Shown here: one piece after another, positions 44,386 to 53,096 of the stretch
Position numbering within the stretch: the stretch's first letter is position 1
Layout: every line of letters starts with the position of its first letter
Source: Gammaproteobacteria bacterium
GTDB lineage: Bacteria; Pseudomonadota; Gammaproteobacteria; Steroidobacterales; Steroidobacteraceae
Assembly (NCBI GenBank): GCA_040007735.1
Contig: JBDTUL010000001.1
Location: forward strand, 3,933-67,932
Length of the DNA: 64,000 nt
Direction of reading: 5' to 3'
The notes under the pieces: model-generated
What the model saw: the letters and a program-made list of their open reading frames with translations, nothing else
Databases searched by the model: none
What the model was told of the DNA's origin: nothing
Made by a program: the position numbers and the translations under genes

Positions 44386-45045
44386 ATGAGAACCGACGCC
44401 GAGATCCGCGAGGACGTCACCGAAGAGCTTCGCTGGACACCGTATGTCGACGAAACCGATATCGCCGTCAAGGTGACCGAGGGTGTCGTGACCCTTACCG
44501 GTTTCGTGAAGTCCTTCGACGAGCGATGCAACGCCGAGCGCGCAGTCAAGCGCATCAGCGGTGTGCGTGCATTGGCCAACGATCTGGAGACCCGCTTACG
44601 GCACGGAGACAGCCAGACTGATCCGGAACTCGCGCGAGCCGCTGCAACAGCGCTCGACCACGAGCTTCCCTATTCAGCACACCTCATAAGGATCGTGGTG
44701 GAGAACGGCCACGCGACGCTCGAAGGCGTTGTGGACTGGCAGTATCAGAAGGAACGTGCCGATCAGGCCATACGCACGCTGCGCGGTCTCACGGGTGTGA
44801 CAAATCTGGTGAGCGTGAGCGGCGGTGACCGGCCTGTGGCGTCAGACATCAAACTGAAGATCGCCGGAGCGCTGAAGCGCAGTGCCGAAATCGATGCCGG
44901 GCGAATCAACGTTCAGATCGACGGACAACAGGTCACGCTGACGGGTAGGGTTCAATCCTGGTCGGAGCACGAAGCCGCTGCGGACGTAGCGTGGTCCGCA
45001 CCCGGCGTGACCGAGGTCAGGAATCACATCTGCGTCGGACCATGA
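44386..45045 (+). CDS. BON domain-containing (OsmY-like) protein, three BON repeats
   Basis: ORF trimmed to ATG 44386 (MRTDAEIREDVTEELRW...). Repeats end in GVVTLTG, GHATLEG and QQVTLTG, each followed by an A...A...V.GV..V.N pattern. Confidence 0.8.
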   Translation: MRTDAEIREDVTEELRWTPYVDETDIAVKVTEGVVTLTGFVKSFDERCNAERAVKRISGVRALANDLETRLRHGDSQTDPELARAAATALDHELPYSAHLIRIVVENGHATLEGVVDWQYQKERADQAIRTLRGLTGVTNLVSVSGGDRPVASDIKLKIAGALKRSAEIDAGRINVQIDGQQVTLTGRVQSWSEHEAAADVAWSAPGVTEVRNHICVGP

Positions 45046-46856
45046 AACCCTCGTCCGAATCGGAGCTGTCCCACTTCATCTGGGAGCAGCGCTATCGTGA
45101 TCCGGATGCACAGCCTCACGAGAAGGACCTCGGCGACACGTGGAAGCGCGTGGCGCGCGCGGCCTCGGCGGTCGAACAGAATCCGCCGCTCTGGACCGAA
45201 AGATTTCTCAGCCTGTTTCGGGATTTCCGGTTCATCCCCGGGGGCCGCATTCTCGCGGGCGCGGGTGCGGCCCGAAACCTGACGCTCGCCAACTGCTTCG
45301 TGATGGGCGCTATCGAGGATTCGGTCGCGGGAATATTCGAAGCCCTCAAGGAAGGCGCGCTGACCATCCAGCAGGGAGGCGGAGTGGGCTACGACTTTTC
45401 GACGCTCCGCCCGCGCGGGTCAGCTGCGCAGAGCAGTGGCACAGTCGCGTCCGGCCCTATCTCGTTCATGCGCGTCTGGGATGCGATGTGCGCAGCCGTC
45501 CAGTCCACCACAGCGCGCCGCGGCGCCATGATGGCGACGCTGCGCTGTGATCACCCCGACATCGAAGCATTCATCGATGCCAAGCGCTCGCCCGATGAGC
45601 TGCGCTACTTCAACCTCTCCGTTCAAGTGACCGAGCAGTTCATGCAAGCCGTCCTGAACGATGGCGACTGGCCGCTCGTCTTTCCCGATCCGGACGGCAG
45701 CGCCGAATGCGTCTGGAGCGGCAGTCTCGAGGCGGTCCGCTGCCGCGTCCATCGTGTCGTCCGCGCCCGCGAGATATGGAAGCGCCTCTGCAATAGTGCC
45801 TACGATTGCGCAGAACCGGGCGTGCTGTTCATCGATCGCATCAACGGCGAGAACAATCTCGCCTACTGCGAGCAGCTGACCGCGACAAACCCGTGCGCAG
45901 AAGCACCGCTGCCTGCGTACGGAGCTTGCCCGCTCGGATCTATCAATCTCGCTGCCTTCGTGCTCGACGCCTTTACTGCCAGGGCGCGCCTCGATGAAGC
46001 TGGCATCCGCACGAGCGCCCGTGAAGCAGTGAGATTCCTGGATGACATCATTGAGATTTGTCATTTCCCCCTGATGCGCCACAGAGAGCAGGTAAATCGA
46101 TCCAGACGCCTGGGGCTCGGAGTGACCGGCCTCGCCGATGCGCTCGCAATGCTCGGGCTGCACTACGACAGTGAACCCGCGCGCGCGACTGCCGCCCTGG
46201 CCATGCGCACTCTTCGAGATTCGGCCTACGAGGCTTCCGTCGACCTCGGGCGCGAGCGCGGTTCATTCCCCGCCTTCGATGCGGACGCCTACCTTTCACG
46301 CCCGTTCATCCGGGCGCTCCCGGCGCATATCCAGAATTCCATCGCACGTTACGGCATTCGCAACAGCCATCTCATCGCGATCGCGCCGGCAGGCTCGATA
46401 AGCCTGCTCGCAAATAATGTGAGCAGCGGCATCGAGCCTATGTCTGGCATCGAAACGTTCCGACGCGTGCTCGCCACCGATGCGACCTATCGGAACTTCC
46501 AGGTGACCGATCTTGCGTACGCGGCTTGGCGCCTGCTACGAACCCCGCAAGCCGACAAACCGGCCTCCTTCGTCGAGGCCGAAGCAATCGCCCCGCGCGA
46601 TCACCTGCTGATGCAGGCAGCAGTGGCACCATTTGTCGACGGCTCGATCTCGAAGGTGATCTCTCTACCGCAAGGTGCCGACCGAACGGCCGTTGCGGAG
46701 CTCTTCGAAGCCGCGCATCTGCTTGGCCTGAAGGGGTGCACGATATTCTCCGCTGGCTCGCGTGCGGCGGCGATTGCGCGCAGAGGCGAGGCGGATCATG
46801 AGCGGGAGGCACTAGCGGCCGAATACTGCAGCACTGCGGGTCGAGCCAGCGACTGA
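45042..46856 (+). CDS. nrdJ: adenosylcobalamin-dependent (class II) ribonucleotide reductase
   Basis: ORF trimmed to ATG 45042, which overlaps the BON stop (ATGA). RNR signatures LANCFV, GGGVGYDFSTLRPRG, SGPISFM, TNPCAE, ISKVISL. Confidence 0.85.
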   Translation: MKPSSESELSHFIWEQRYRDPDAQPHEKDLGDTWKRVARAASAVEQNPPLWTERFLSLFRDFRFIPGGRILAGAGAARNLTLANCFVMGAIEDSVAGIFEALKEGALTIQQGGGVGYDFSTLRPRGSAAQSSGTVASGPISFMRVWDAMCAAVQSTTARRGAMMATLRCDHPDIEAFIDAKRSPDELRYFNLSVQVTEQFMQAVLNDGDWPLVFPDPDGSAECVWSGSLEAVRCRVHRVVRAREIWKRLCNSAYDCAEPGVLFIDRINGENNLAYCEQLTATNPCAEAPLPAYGACPLGSINLAAFVLDAFTARARLDEAGIRTSAREAVRFLDDIIEICHFPLMRHREQVNRSRRLGLGVTGLADALAMLGLHYDSEPARATAALAMRTLRDSAYEASVDLGRERGSFPAFDADAYLSRPFIRALPAHIQNSIARYGIRNSHLIAIAPAGSISLLANNVSSGIEPMSGIETFRRVLATDATYRNFQVTDLAYAAWRLLRTPQADKPASFVEAEAIAPRDHLLMQAAVAPFVDGSISKVISLPQGADRTAVAELFEAAHLLGLKGCTIFSAGSRAAAIARRGEADHEREALAAEYCSTAGRASD

Positions 46857-46980
46857 CGTTCAGTAGAAAGCCGTATTGCCTAAGCGCATCAGCGGATCGC
46901 ATTGACAGGCCAGGACGAGCACGATCTTCCATGCAACGCCGGGGTAAGAACCGGCTACATCAACTGGAAGGAGTAGGAAA

Positions 46981-47430
46981 ATGAGCCTGGTACGTTGGGA
47001 ACCGTTCTCTGGGGTGGATGAAATATTCAATCGGCTGATGCCGGCCGCGTTCGGACGTTGGCCGCGCGTGAACCTGCCGGCAAACGGTGAGACGAAGTTC
47101 GAGTGGGCGCCGTCAGCCGACATCAGTGAGACTGAGAAAGAATTTCTGGTGCGCGCCGAACTGCCGGCGGTCAAGAAAGAAGACGTGAAGGTGACCGTTG
47201 ATCGGGGAATGCTCACGATCGAGGGTGAGCGCAAGCAGGAAAGGGAAGACAAGACCGAGAAATATCACCGCGTCGAAAGTTACCGCGGCAGCTTCTCCCG
47301 CAGCTTCTCACTTCCGGAGAACATCGATGCCGATGCGATCCGATGCGAGAGCAAGGACGGCGTGCTGGTCGTGCACATTCCCAAGACCCAGCCCGCGGCG
47401 GCGAAATCGAAGCAGATCAAAGTCGAATGA
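46981..47430 (+). CDS. Hsp20/alpha-crystallin family small heat-shock protein
   Basis: 149 aa. WEPF...APSADISETEKEFLVRAELPAVKKEDVKVTVDRGMLTIEGERK...ESYRGSFSRSFSLPENID...GVLVVHIPK. GGAAGGAG Shine-Dalgarno 7 nt upstream. Confidence 0.9.
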   Translation: MSLVRWEPFSGVDEIFNRLMPAAFGRWPRVNLPANGETKFEWAPSADISETEKEFLVRAELPAVKKEDVKVTVDRGMLTIEGERKQEREDKTEKYHRVESYRGSFSRSFSLPENIDADAIRCESKDGVLVVHIPKTQPAAAKSKQIKVE

Positions 47431-47467
47431 TCTCGACCGCAACTGTGTTAGTTCAAGTCCGCACGAA

Positions 47468-47489
47468 GGCGCCAGTGCAAGCTGGCGCC
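47468..47489 (+). terminator. GC-rich hairpin GGCGCCAG-TGCAAG-CTGGCGCC downstream of hsp20
   Basis: Perfect 8-bp stem with a 6-nt loop, 38 nt after the hsp20 stop. There is no U-tract, so terminator function is uncertain. Confidence 0.35.
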
Positions 47490-47700
47490 CTCCTTGCGGT
47501 CGGCTTGCGTGCAGGAGGTCAACTGCCGCGCTAATCGTAACGTGGCAAGCAGGTGTCTCATAGGACCTCCTTACCTGCCAGCTGCCGCCCAGCAGGTGCT
47601 TCAGTTCGTCGTAGTCACTGCACTCAAACTCGCCACGTAGCTGGCCACGGCAACGATATCGTTCCGCGACAGCTTGGCGAGGAGTGGTGTATGCGTTTCC

Positions 47701-48987
47701 TTACTGCCCTGCCACGGCCAGCGTAATCACCAAAGCGATCCAGCCGGCGATGATGCAACCGAGAGCGACGGCCGCGATCTCGACTGCAAACCGTCCGCGG
47801 CCGATCACCGCACTCAGTGCCACCTTGCTGAGTGTGTTACTCGCCACTCCAGCGAGGATCGCGAAGGAAGCTGCTCGCGATGCCAGCTCCGACTCCAGGC
47901 GCACCATAGAGACTGTCATCGCATCTACGTCAAATAGGCCCATGGTAGCCGCCCCTGCTATGGCCCCTGTCGCGCCGAATCGCTCGTTGATGACGCGGCC
48001 GACCACAATCAGTGCGCCCATTGACGCTGCGATACCGATCACAGGCCAGAACCCGAATGGATTGCGAAATGGCACCGGCGACTGGGGATCGCCCCGCGCT
48101 GAGAGCAGCGATACCAGTGCAAACCCCGCGGCAACCAAAGCGCCAACGAGCAGCGAAGGACCAACCCACATGAGCAAGGACGGCTTGAGCGCACCGACAA
48201 TCGCGGCGACTCGGACAAACGAAACAGCGGTGGCCAGTGCCGTGCCCGCCGCCAGAGTGCGTGCCGACCCTTCGCCGGCAGCCGCTCTTCTTGCGTTGGC
48301 CAGCGCGACAGCGGTCGACGATACCAACCCTCCGGCGGCGGCGGCTACGAGAGCCCCACGGCGCTCGCCCAGGTGTTTCACGGCGATATAGCCCGCGAAT
48401 GATATCGACGCAATCGCAACGGCGATCACCCAGACTTCGCGCAGATTTACTCCGCCGAAAGGGCCGACCGAACGATCGGGCACGATCGGAAGCGCGATGA
48501 ATGTCATGGCGAGCAGGACGAGCGCGGATTCGAACTCGACACGGGTGATGCTCGCCACCCAGCCGTGAAGACCTTCGCGAAACACAAGAACAGCCACGGC
48601 AGTCACCGCCGAGGCAGCGGCAACTCGGACGTCTCCAACCAGAGCATATGCACCCAGAATGAACGTCAGCAGCGCGGCGATCGCAGTGGTCGCCGAAGAC
48701 GTTCCGGAGGCTCTGTTCTCGTCGCGACTGAACATGGTGATCACCACGGCGAAAGCGAGAAACGCGAGACCCAGCAGAATGCTGCCGCTGATGCCCAGAG
48801 TGCCATTGGCGCCCTGGGCAAGCGCTCCCACCAGCCCTCCCAGGAGTCCCGATATAGCAAAGGTGCGCAATCCGGCTGCGCGACTACCGGGCAGCGCCTC
48901 ACGCGTTCTCCATCCGCGTTCGAGTCCGATCAGTAGCCCGATGCCGAAAGCAAGCGCGACGCGCGACAGTAACCCCTCGAGATCCAC
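47701..48987 (-). CDS. MgtC/SapB-family plus DUF4010 membrane protein
   Basis: 428 aa. N-terminus LAFGIGLLIGLERGWRTRE...AGLRTFAISGLLGG is the MgtC-type motif. Polytopic throughout. Confidence 0.8.
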   Translation of the reverse strand: MDLEGLLSRVALAFGIGLLIGLERGWRTREALPGSRAAGLRTFAISGLLGGLVGALAQGANGTLGISGSILLGLAFLAFAVVITMFSRDENRASGTSSATTAIAALLTFILGAYALVGDVRVAAASAVTAVAVLVFREGLHGWVASITRVEFESALVLLAMTFIALPIVPDRSVGPFGGVNLREVWVIAVAIASISFAGYIAVKHLGERRGALVAAAAGGLVSSTAVALANARRAAAGEGSARTLAAGTALATAVSFVRVAAIVGALKPSLLMWVGPSLLVGALVAAGFALVSLLSARGDPQSPVPFRNPFGFWPVIGIAASMGALIVVGRVINERFGATGAIAGAATMGLFDVDAMTVSMVRLESELASRAASFAILAGVASNTLSKVALSAVIGRGRFAVEIAAVALGCIIAGWIALVITLAVAGQ

Positions 48988-49150
48988 ACAGCACCCCTCG
49001 CGTTAGTGGGTGCCAATAGAACCCGCGATGCGCACGCCGGACATACGTACTTCGCCGGGTTTTCTGCCCGCCCGCTCCGCAATGCTCCGTATGGGCGACT
49101 GCTTAAGCCGCGCGCAGCATCAACTCCGAACTGACCTGGTAGGGTACGCC

Positions 49151-49666
49151 ATGAAAAGCAGCATCGCAGTGAGAACCATGCTTTCCTATACGTTGGTCTT
49201 GGTCGCCTGCGCACCGGCCCTCCTCTGGGCGCAGCAGAAACCTGCCATGTCAGAGACCAAACCGTACACGGTGGTCAACGGGAAGGTAGACGATGCGACG
49301 TTTCGTGGTTGGCGCGCTTATCACTCCTCGTGCCACACCTGCCACGGGGTCGACGGCACCGGCACGAGTGTCGCACCGAATCTGGTCGAGCGCGTCAAAG
49401 CTCTGTCCGCTCGGGACTTCACTACCAAGGTACTGACGAGCTATCGCATCGTCATTGATTCTGGTGAAGCGCATGCAGACGACTCAACAGCGGTACGCCA
49501 GGCATTCATCGACGAGGTCTTGAGACGCGAACGGGGCGACCTCGTAATGCCCGCATGGGAGCACGACTCGAAAGTGCAGCCACATGTCCTCGATTTATAT
49601 GCGTATCTGCGAGCGCGTGCCGATGGATCCCTCGGCCCGGGGCAGCCCGCGCGGAGCGCGCAATAG
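49151..49666 (+). CDS. monoheme c-type cytochrome
   Basis: ORF 49010..49666 trimmed to ATG 49151, giving signal peptide MKSSIAVRTMLSYTLVLVACAPALLWA. CHTCHG heme motif. Confidence 0.75.
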   Translation: MKSSIAVRTMLSYTLVLVACAPALLWAQQKPAMSETKPYTVVNGKVDDATFRGWRAYHSSCHTCHGVDGTGTSVAPNLVERVKALSARDFTTKVLTSYRIVIDSGEAHADDSTAVRQAFIDEVLRRERGDLVMPAWEHDSKVQPHVLDLYAYLRARADGSLGPGQPARSAQ

Positions 49667-49675
49667 CTCTAGACA

Positions 49676-49903
49676 ATGGAGGAATCTCTGATGAGCGCGA
49701 CCACCGCGTACAGCTCGAAACGCGGCGACACCATGCTTGCCCGGCGCCGCACATTCATCACGCCCGAACAGCGGCGGAGCATGGTCGCCGAAGCCGTGTA
49801 CTACTTTTCTGAGCACCGCGGCTTTGCCGCCGGCTATGAGTTGAATGACTGGCTCGCCGGCGAAGACCAGATCGCTGCCACATTTTCGATGCGCGACGCA
49901 TAG
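49676..49903 (+). CDS. DUF2934 domain-containing small protein
   Basis: 75 aa. The IT..QRR.MVAEAAYY..E.RGF..G.E..DW..AE pattern recalled for DUF2934 matches ITPEQRRSMVAEAVYYFSEHRGFAAGYELNDWLAGE. Confidence 0.6.
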   Translation: MEESLMSATTAYSSKRGDTMLARRRTFITPEQRRSMVAEAVYYFSEHRGFAAGYELNDWLAGEDQIAATFSMRDA

Positions 49904-50158
49904 CCGCCTCAGGCTCCTGAACACTCAGCTCGAGGAATGACACGACATGACCGCTTTCCACGCCGCCGACTTGAAGTTCCTCTCAAGTGCGAAGAATCTC
50001 ACAATGCAAAAACTGAAACGCCTTTGGCCCTTCGCCGCACTGCTCTTCACTACCTCGTGCGCAAGGGAAGGGAAGACTTAAGGGGAAAGGCCCTACCCGG
50101 AAAAAAGGGGCTAAAGGGTTTCCACCCCCCCCCCAATGAAAGTTTCAATGTGTGGACG

Positions 50159-51292
50159 ATGTTTACCTTGTTTCAACGAAAAAGACCTCCACCGAACATT
50201 GTTGTCGAGGCAACGGCTCAGCAAGGATTGTTGCAGCCGGCCGCGCCAGCGGCGCTCCTGGCAACTCCACGACGGCAAAGACTCATCGAGCATATCTGGC
50301 AACGGACTTCGCTCTCGCGCGCTCAATTCACTGAGCTCTACCAAACACCTCTGGAACGCTATGCGGCCTTGGTCCAGCAGTTTCCTGCGTCGGAGAATCA
50401 TCATCATTCCTATCACGGCGGCATGCTGGACCACGCTTTGGAATGCGTCGCGTATGCCCTGAAGCTGCGCCAGTCATACCTGCTTCCCGTTGGAGCGCAT
50501 CCTGAGACACAGGCCGCCCAAGCCGAGGCCTGGAGCGCCTGCGTCGCCTATGCCGCGCTGCTGCATGACCTCGGCAAGATCGCGGTCGATATCCATGTCG
50601 AGCATGCAAGCGGTGAGCATTGGCATCCTTGGCACGGCGCACTGACCCGCCCGTATCGTTTCCGGTATCGCAAGGATCGGTTGTATCGACTTCACGGAGC
50701 CGCGACGGGACTCTTATATGCAGACGTCCTCGGCAGGCAGATCCTCGACTGGCTCCACGCCTTCCCGGAACTGTGGGCTTCATTGCTCTATGTGCTTGCC
50801 GGACAGTATGAGCATGCCGGAATTCTCGGCGATCTGGTTCAGCAAGCCGACAAGGCTTCCGTCGCTCAGGAGCTCGGTGGCAATCCCGACCAGGCGCAGC
50901 GTGCGCCGAAGCAGGCTCTACAGCGCAAGCTCTTGGACGGTTTGCGGTATCTCATCAAAGAAGGGCTCAGGCTGAATCAGCCCGAGGCTTCAGATGGATG
51001 GCTGTCGCAGGATGCGCTGTGGCTGGTGAGCAATACCGTCTGCGACAAGCTACGGGCTCACCTTCTCTCACAGGGCATGGAAGGCATTCCGGCGAACAAC
51101 GCCGTCGTATTCAATGTTTTTCAGAGATCACGGAATCGTCCAGCCCACCGCGGATGGAAAGGCGGTTTGGAAGGCGACAGTTGCGAGCAATACCGGCTGG
51201 ACACACAGCTTTACGTTTCTGAGGTTAGCGCCTGCGTTGATATGGGAAACCGGCGAACGTCCCGCCGCGTTCGCCGGAACGATTCGCGTTGA
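50159..51292 (+). pseudogene. traI: ICE relaxase (MobH/TraI, PFGI-1/ICEclc-class) N-terminal ~380 aa, frameshifted near 51118 and 3'-truncated
   Basis: MFTLFQRKRPPP...LIEHIWQRTSLSRAQFTELY...HHSYHGGMLDHALE (HD-domain motif)...LLHDLGK. After ...VVFNVFQ the homologous sequence (DHGIVQPTADGKAVWKATVASNTGWTHSFTFLRLAPALIWE) continues in the frame of ORF 51114..51389. Confidence 0.6.
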
Positions 51293-52220
51293 GGACACCG
51301 CCTCTGTCGATGCACCTGATCGCCGATGCCTTTGTCGCGATTCTTCATTGCCGCGGCAGGTATACGCAGTTCGCGAGCTGTCCAGTTGAGCCAAGGCCAA
51401 CGCGCAAGGCGTAACTCCGTGCTGCGCAACCACGTGGCAATTACGCCTTCGAGGCCAAGTCTTGTGGTCGCATCGAGCTCCTCCACATCAAGCCGCAGAT
51501 AGAATTCTGGTAACTCAGCGTAGGCAATCGCAGCGTGGTTCTTCCGCTTCGGCTTCGCGAGCAGTGCTGTCACGTCTTCGGCCGGATTGGCGATGCAACG
51601 CCCAAGCACCTTCTCTCGCTTAAAAACCATATTGAGGCGTGAGCGCAGGTCGCGGGCAGTGTCCAACGATCCGCGAGATTCGACGTTCTTGCACAGCTCG
51701 AGCACGTCGGGAGCCGTCAGTGAGTCGAAAGGCCATTCGCCGACCGACCGCCTCAGGAGCGGGTGCGCTCGGCGTTGCTCAGGCGCAAGTCCACGCAAGA
51801 TGTAAATGAGGAAGACGTCGCGCTCGAACTGCCGCAAAACCTGGGCGGCGTACTCCTCATCCCATCGCTCGGACGCCTTTCTCACACTCCACCACTCCCT
51901 CGCGACGACCTCAAACGAGCGGATCTGCGTTCCCGCAGAGGGAGGTGCCGCGTCCTTGCGTCGTTCGGCGCTCGGATCAATGCCCTGCGCGACGCAGCGG
52001 CGAATGTCATCACGCCGCTCTCGGGCTGCCTTCAATGAGACAGCCGGCCATTGTCCCAGCCCCAACTGCTGCTCGTTGCCTTGGTACCTGTACCGCTGTC
52101 GCCAAAGGCGTCCACCACTTGGCGTGACAAGCAAGTACAGCCCGTTCTCATCGACAAGTTTCCGCGGCCGTCCCGAATGTTTCGCGGCTCGAAGGCTCGA
52201 ATTAATGCTTCAGTCAGCAT
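51211..52220 (-). pseudogene. tyrosine integrase (DUF4102/P4-like N-terminus), frameshifted and lacking the catalytic C-terminus
   Basis: MLTEALIRA... (from 52220) shifts frame into RKLVDENGLYLLVTPSGGRLWRQRYRYQG...GIDPSAERR.... Similarity ends near 51340 at ...ELRIPAAAMK. The R-H-R-Y catalytic region is absent. Confidence 0.65.
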
Positions 52221-52350
52221 GGCATGTCCTCAATTGCACAAGGCGAGAGGCGCTGGCTCGGCCAGCGGGAGGTGATGCGAAGGTCTCTCGGGCAAGGGGG
52301 GCCGTCGCGCGCCAATCCGCACAGGGCGGATCTCGGATTGGGACGTCAGT

Positions 52351-52408
52351 GAGGGCACGCCGATTTCTCGGTTTTGAGGGCACGCCGATTTTCGTGGGTC
52401 GCGTGCCC
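52351..52408. repeat. two 16-bp direct repeats GAGGGCACGCCGATTT (52351..52366, 52376..52391) plus an inverted GCGTGCCC arm (52401..52408)
   Basis: Read directly from the sequence, 130-190 bp upstream of the integrase remnant start. Confidence 0.6.
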
Positions 52409-53096
52409 GCAAACGTGCCCAGACCGCCGCGTGGCTGCCAGCGGAACACAGTGGACGCCAGTGGCGTCTAAGTGTTTGACGGAATTGGGTATTCGAGCCA
52501 AACCCCGACCGGGCGGGCTCTTGCTGGAACGCTGTAGAAGGTCAGTTGGCGGAGAGGGTGTCGGCCACTCTGGGCTCTCAACCGCTTGAATACAGAGTGT
52601 ATTTCTCAGTGAAACACCGGGCGTACCCCTCAGCGTACCCCGCCAAGCAAGCGGCTCTCGGTGACATTCACTGGCCGTCGGCAGATTGCAGACGTCGCGA
52701 ACGCACAAGCTTTCCCCGCTTTCGCGGGACGTGCGCGCGCCGGACCGAAACATTTCAGATGCCCCAGCCGATGTCCCCAGGAGTCCAGCAAGCTCCAGCG
52801 GGCCTGCACGATCAAGCCACCCGGCCCGACTGCGCGGACCGGCCTTGCCTACATCCCCGTGATTCGGATTTCTGGCGTCGACCATGAACAGCATGGTAGC
52901 GGATGAGATGGGCTAAGAAAATCTTGGAGGCGGAGGGAAGAGGTTGGATCACCGAAGACGTATCGGCGTGGATCGCACAACGTGCCGATCGGAAGGTACC
53001 CCCACCAGATACTTCCCAGCAGAATCGTTACACGACGCGCCGCGTACACACGGCAGCGAGTTCGCGCTATCGACACCACGCCACGCAAGTTGACAA

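Noticed and set aside
46902-46930. TTGACA at 46902..46907 as the -35 element of a sigma-70 or sigma-32 promoter for hsp20
   Set aside because: The sequence at the expected -10 position (TCTTCC) is a poor match to either consensus, so a promoter call cannot be supported without transcription start data.
52538-52552. Minus-strand ...CACCCTCTCCGCCA, resembling the 3' end of a tRNA-Ser, next to the integrase remnant (possible att relic or tRNA)
   Set aside because: No T-arm (GTTCGAATC-type) sequence or cloverleaf could be built from the adjoining sequence. A 12-nt resemblance alone is insufficient, and this needs a tRNAscan or att comparison.
52346-52894. 182-aa minus-strand ORF in the integrase-proximal spacer
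   Set aside because: No recognisable family is present. The composition looks non-coding, and the ORF lies in the decayed mobile-element scar, overlapping the direct repeats.
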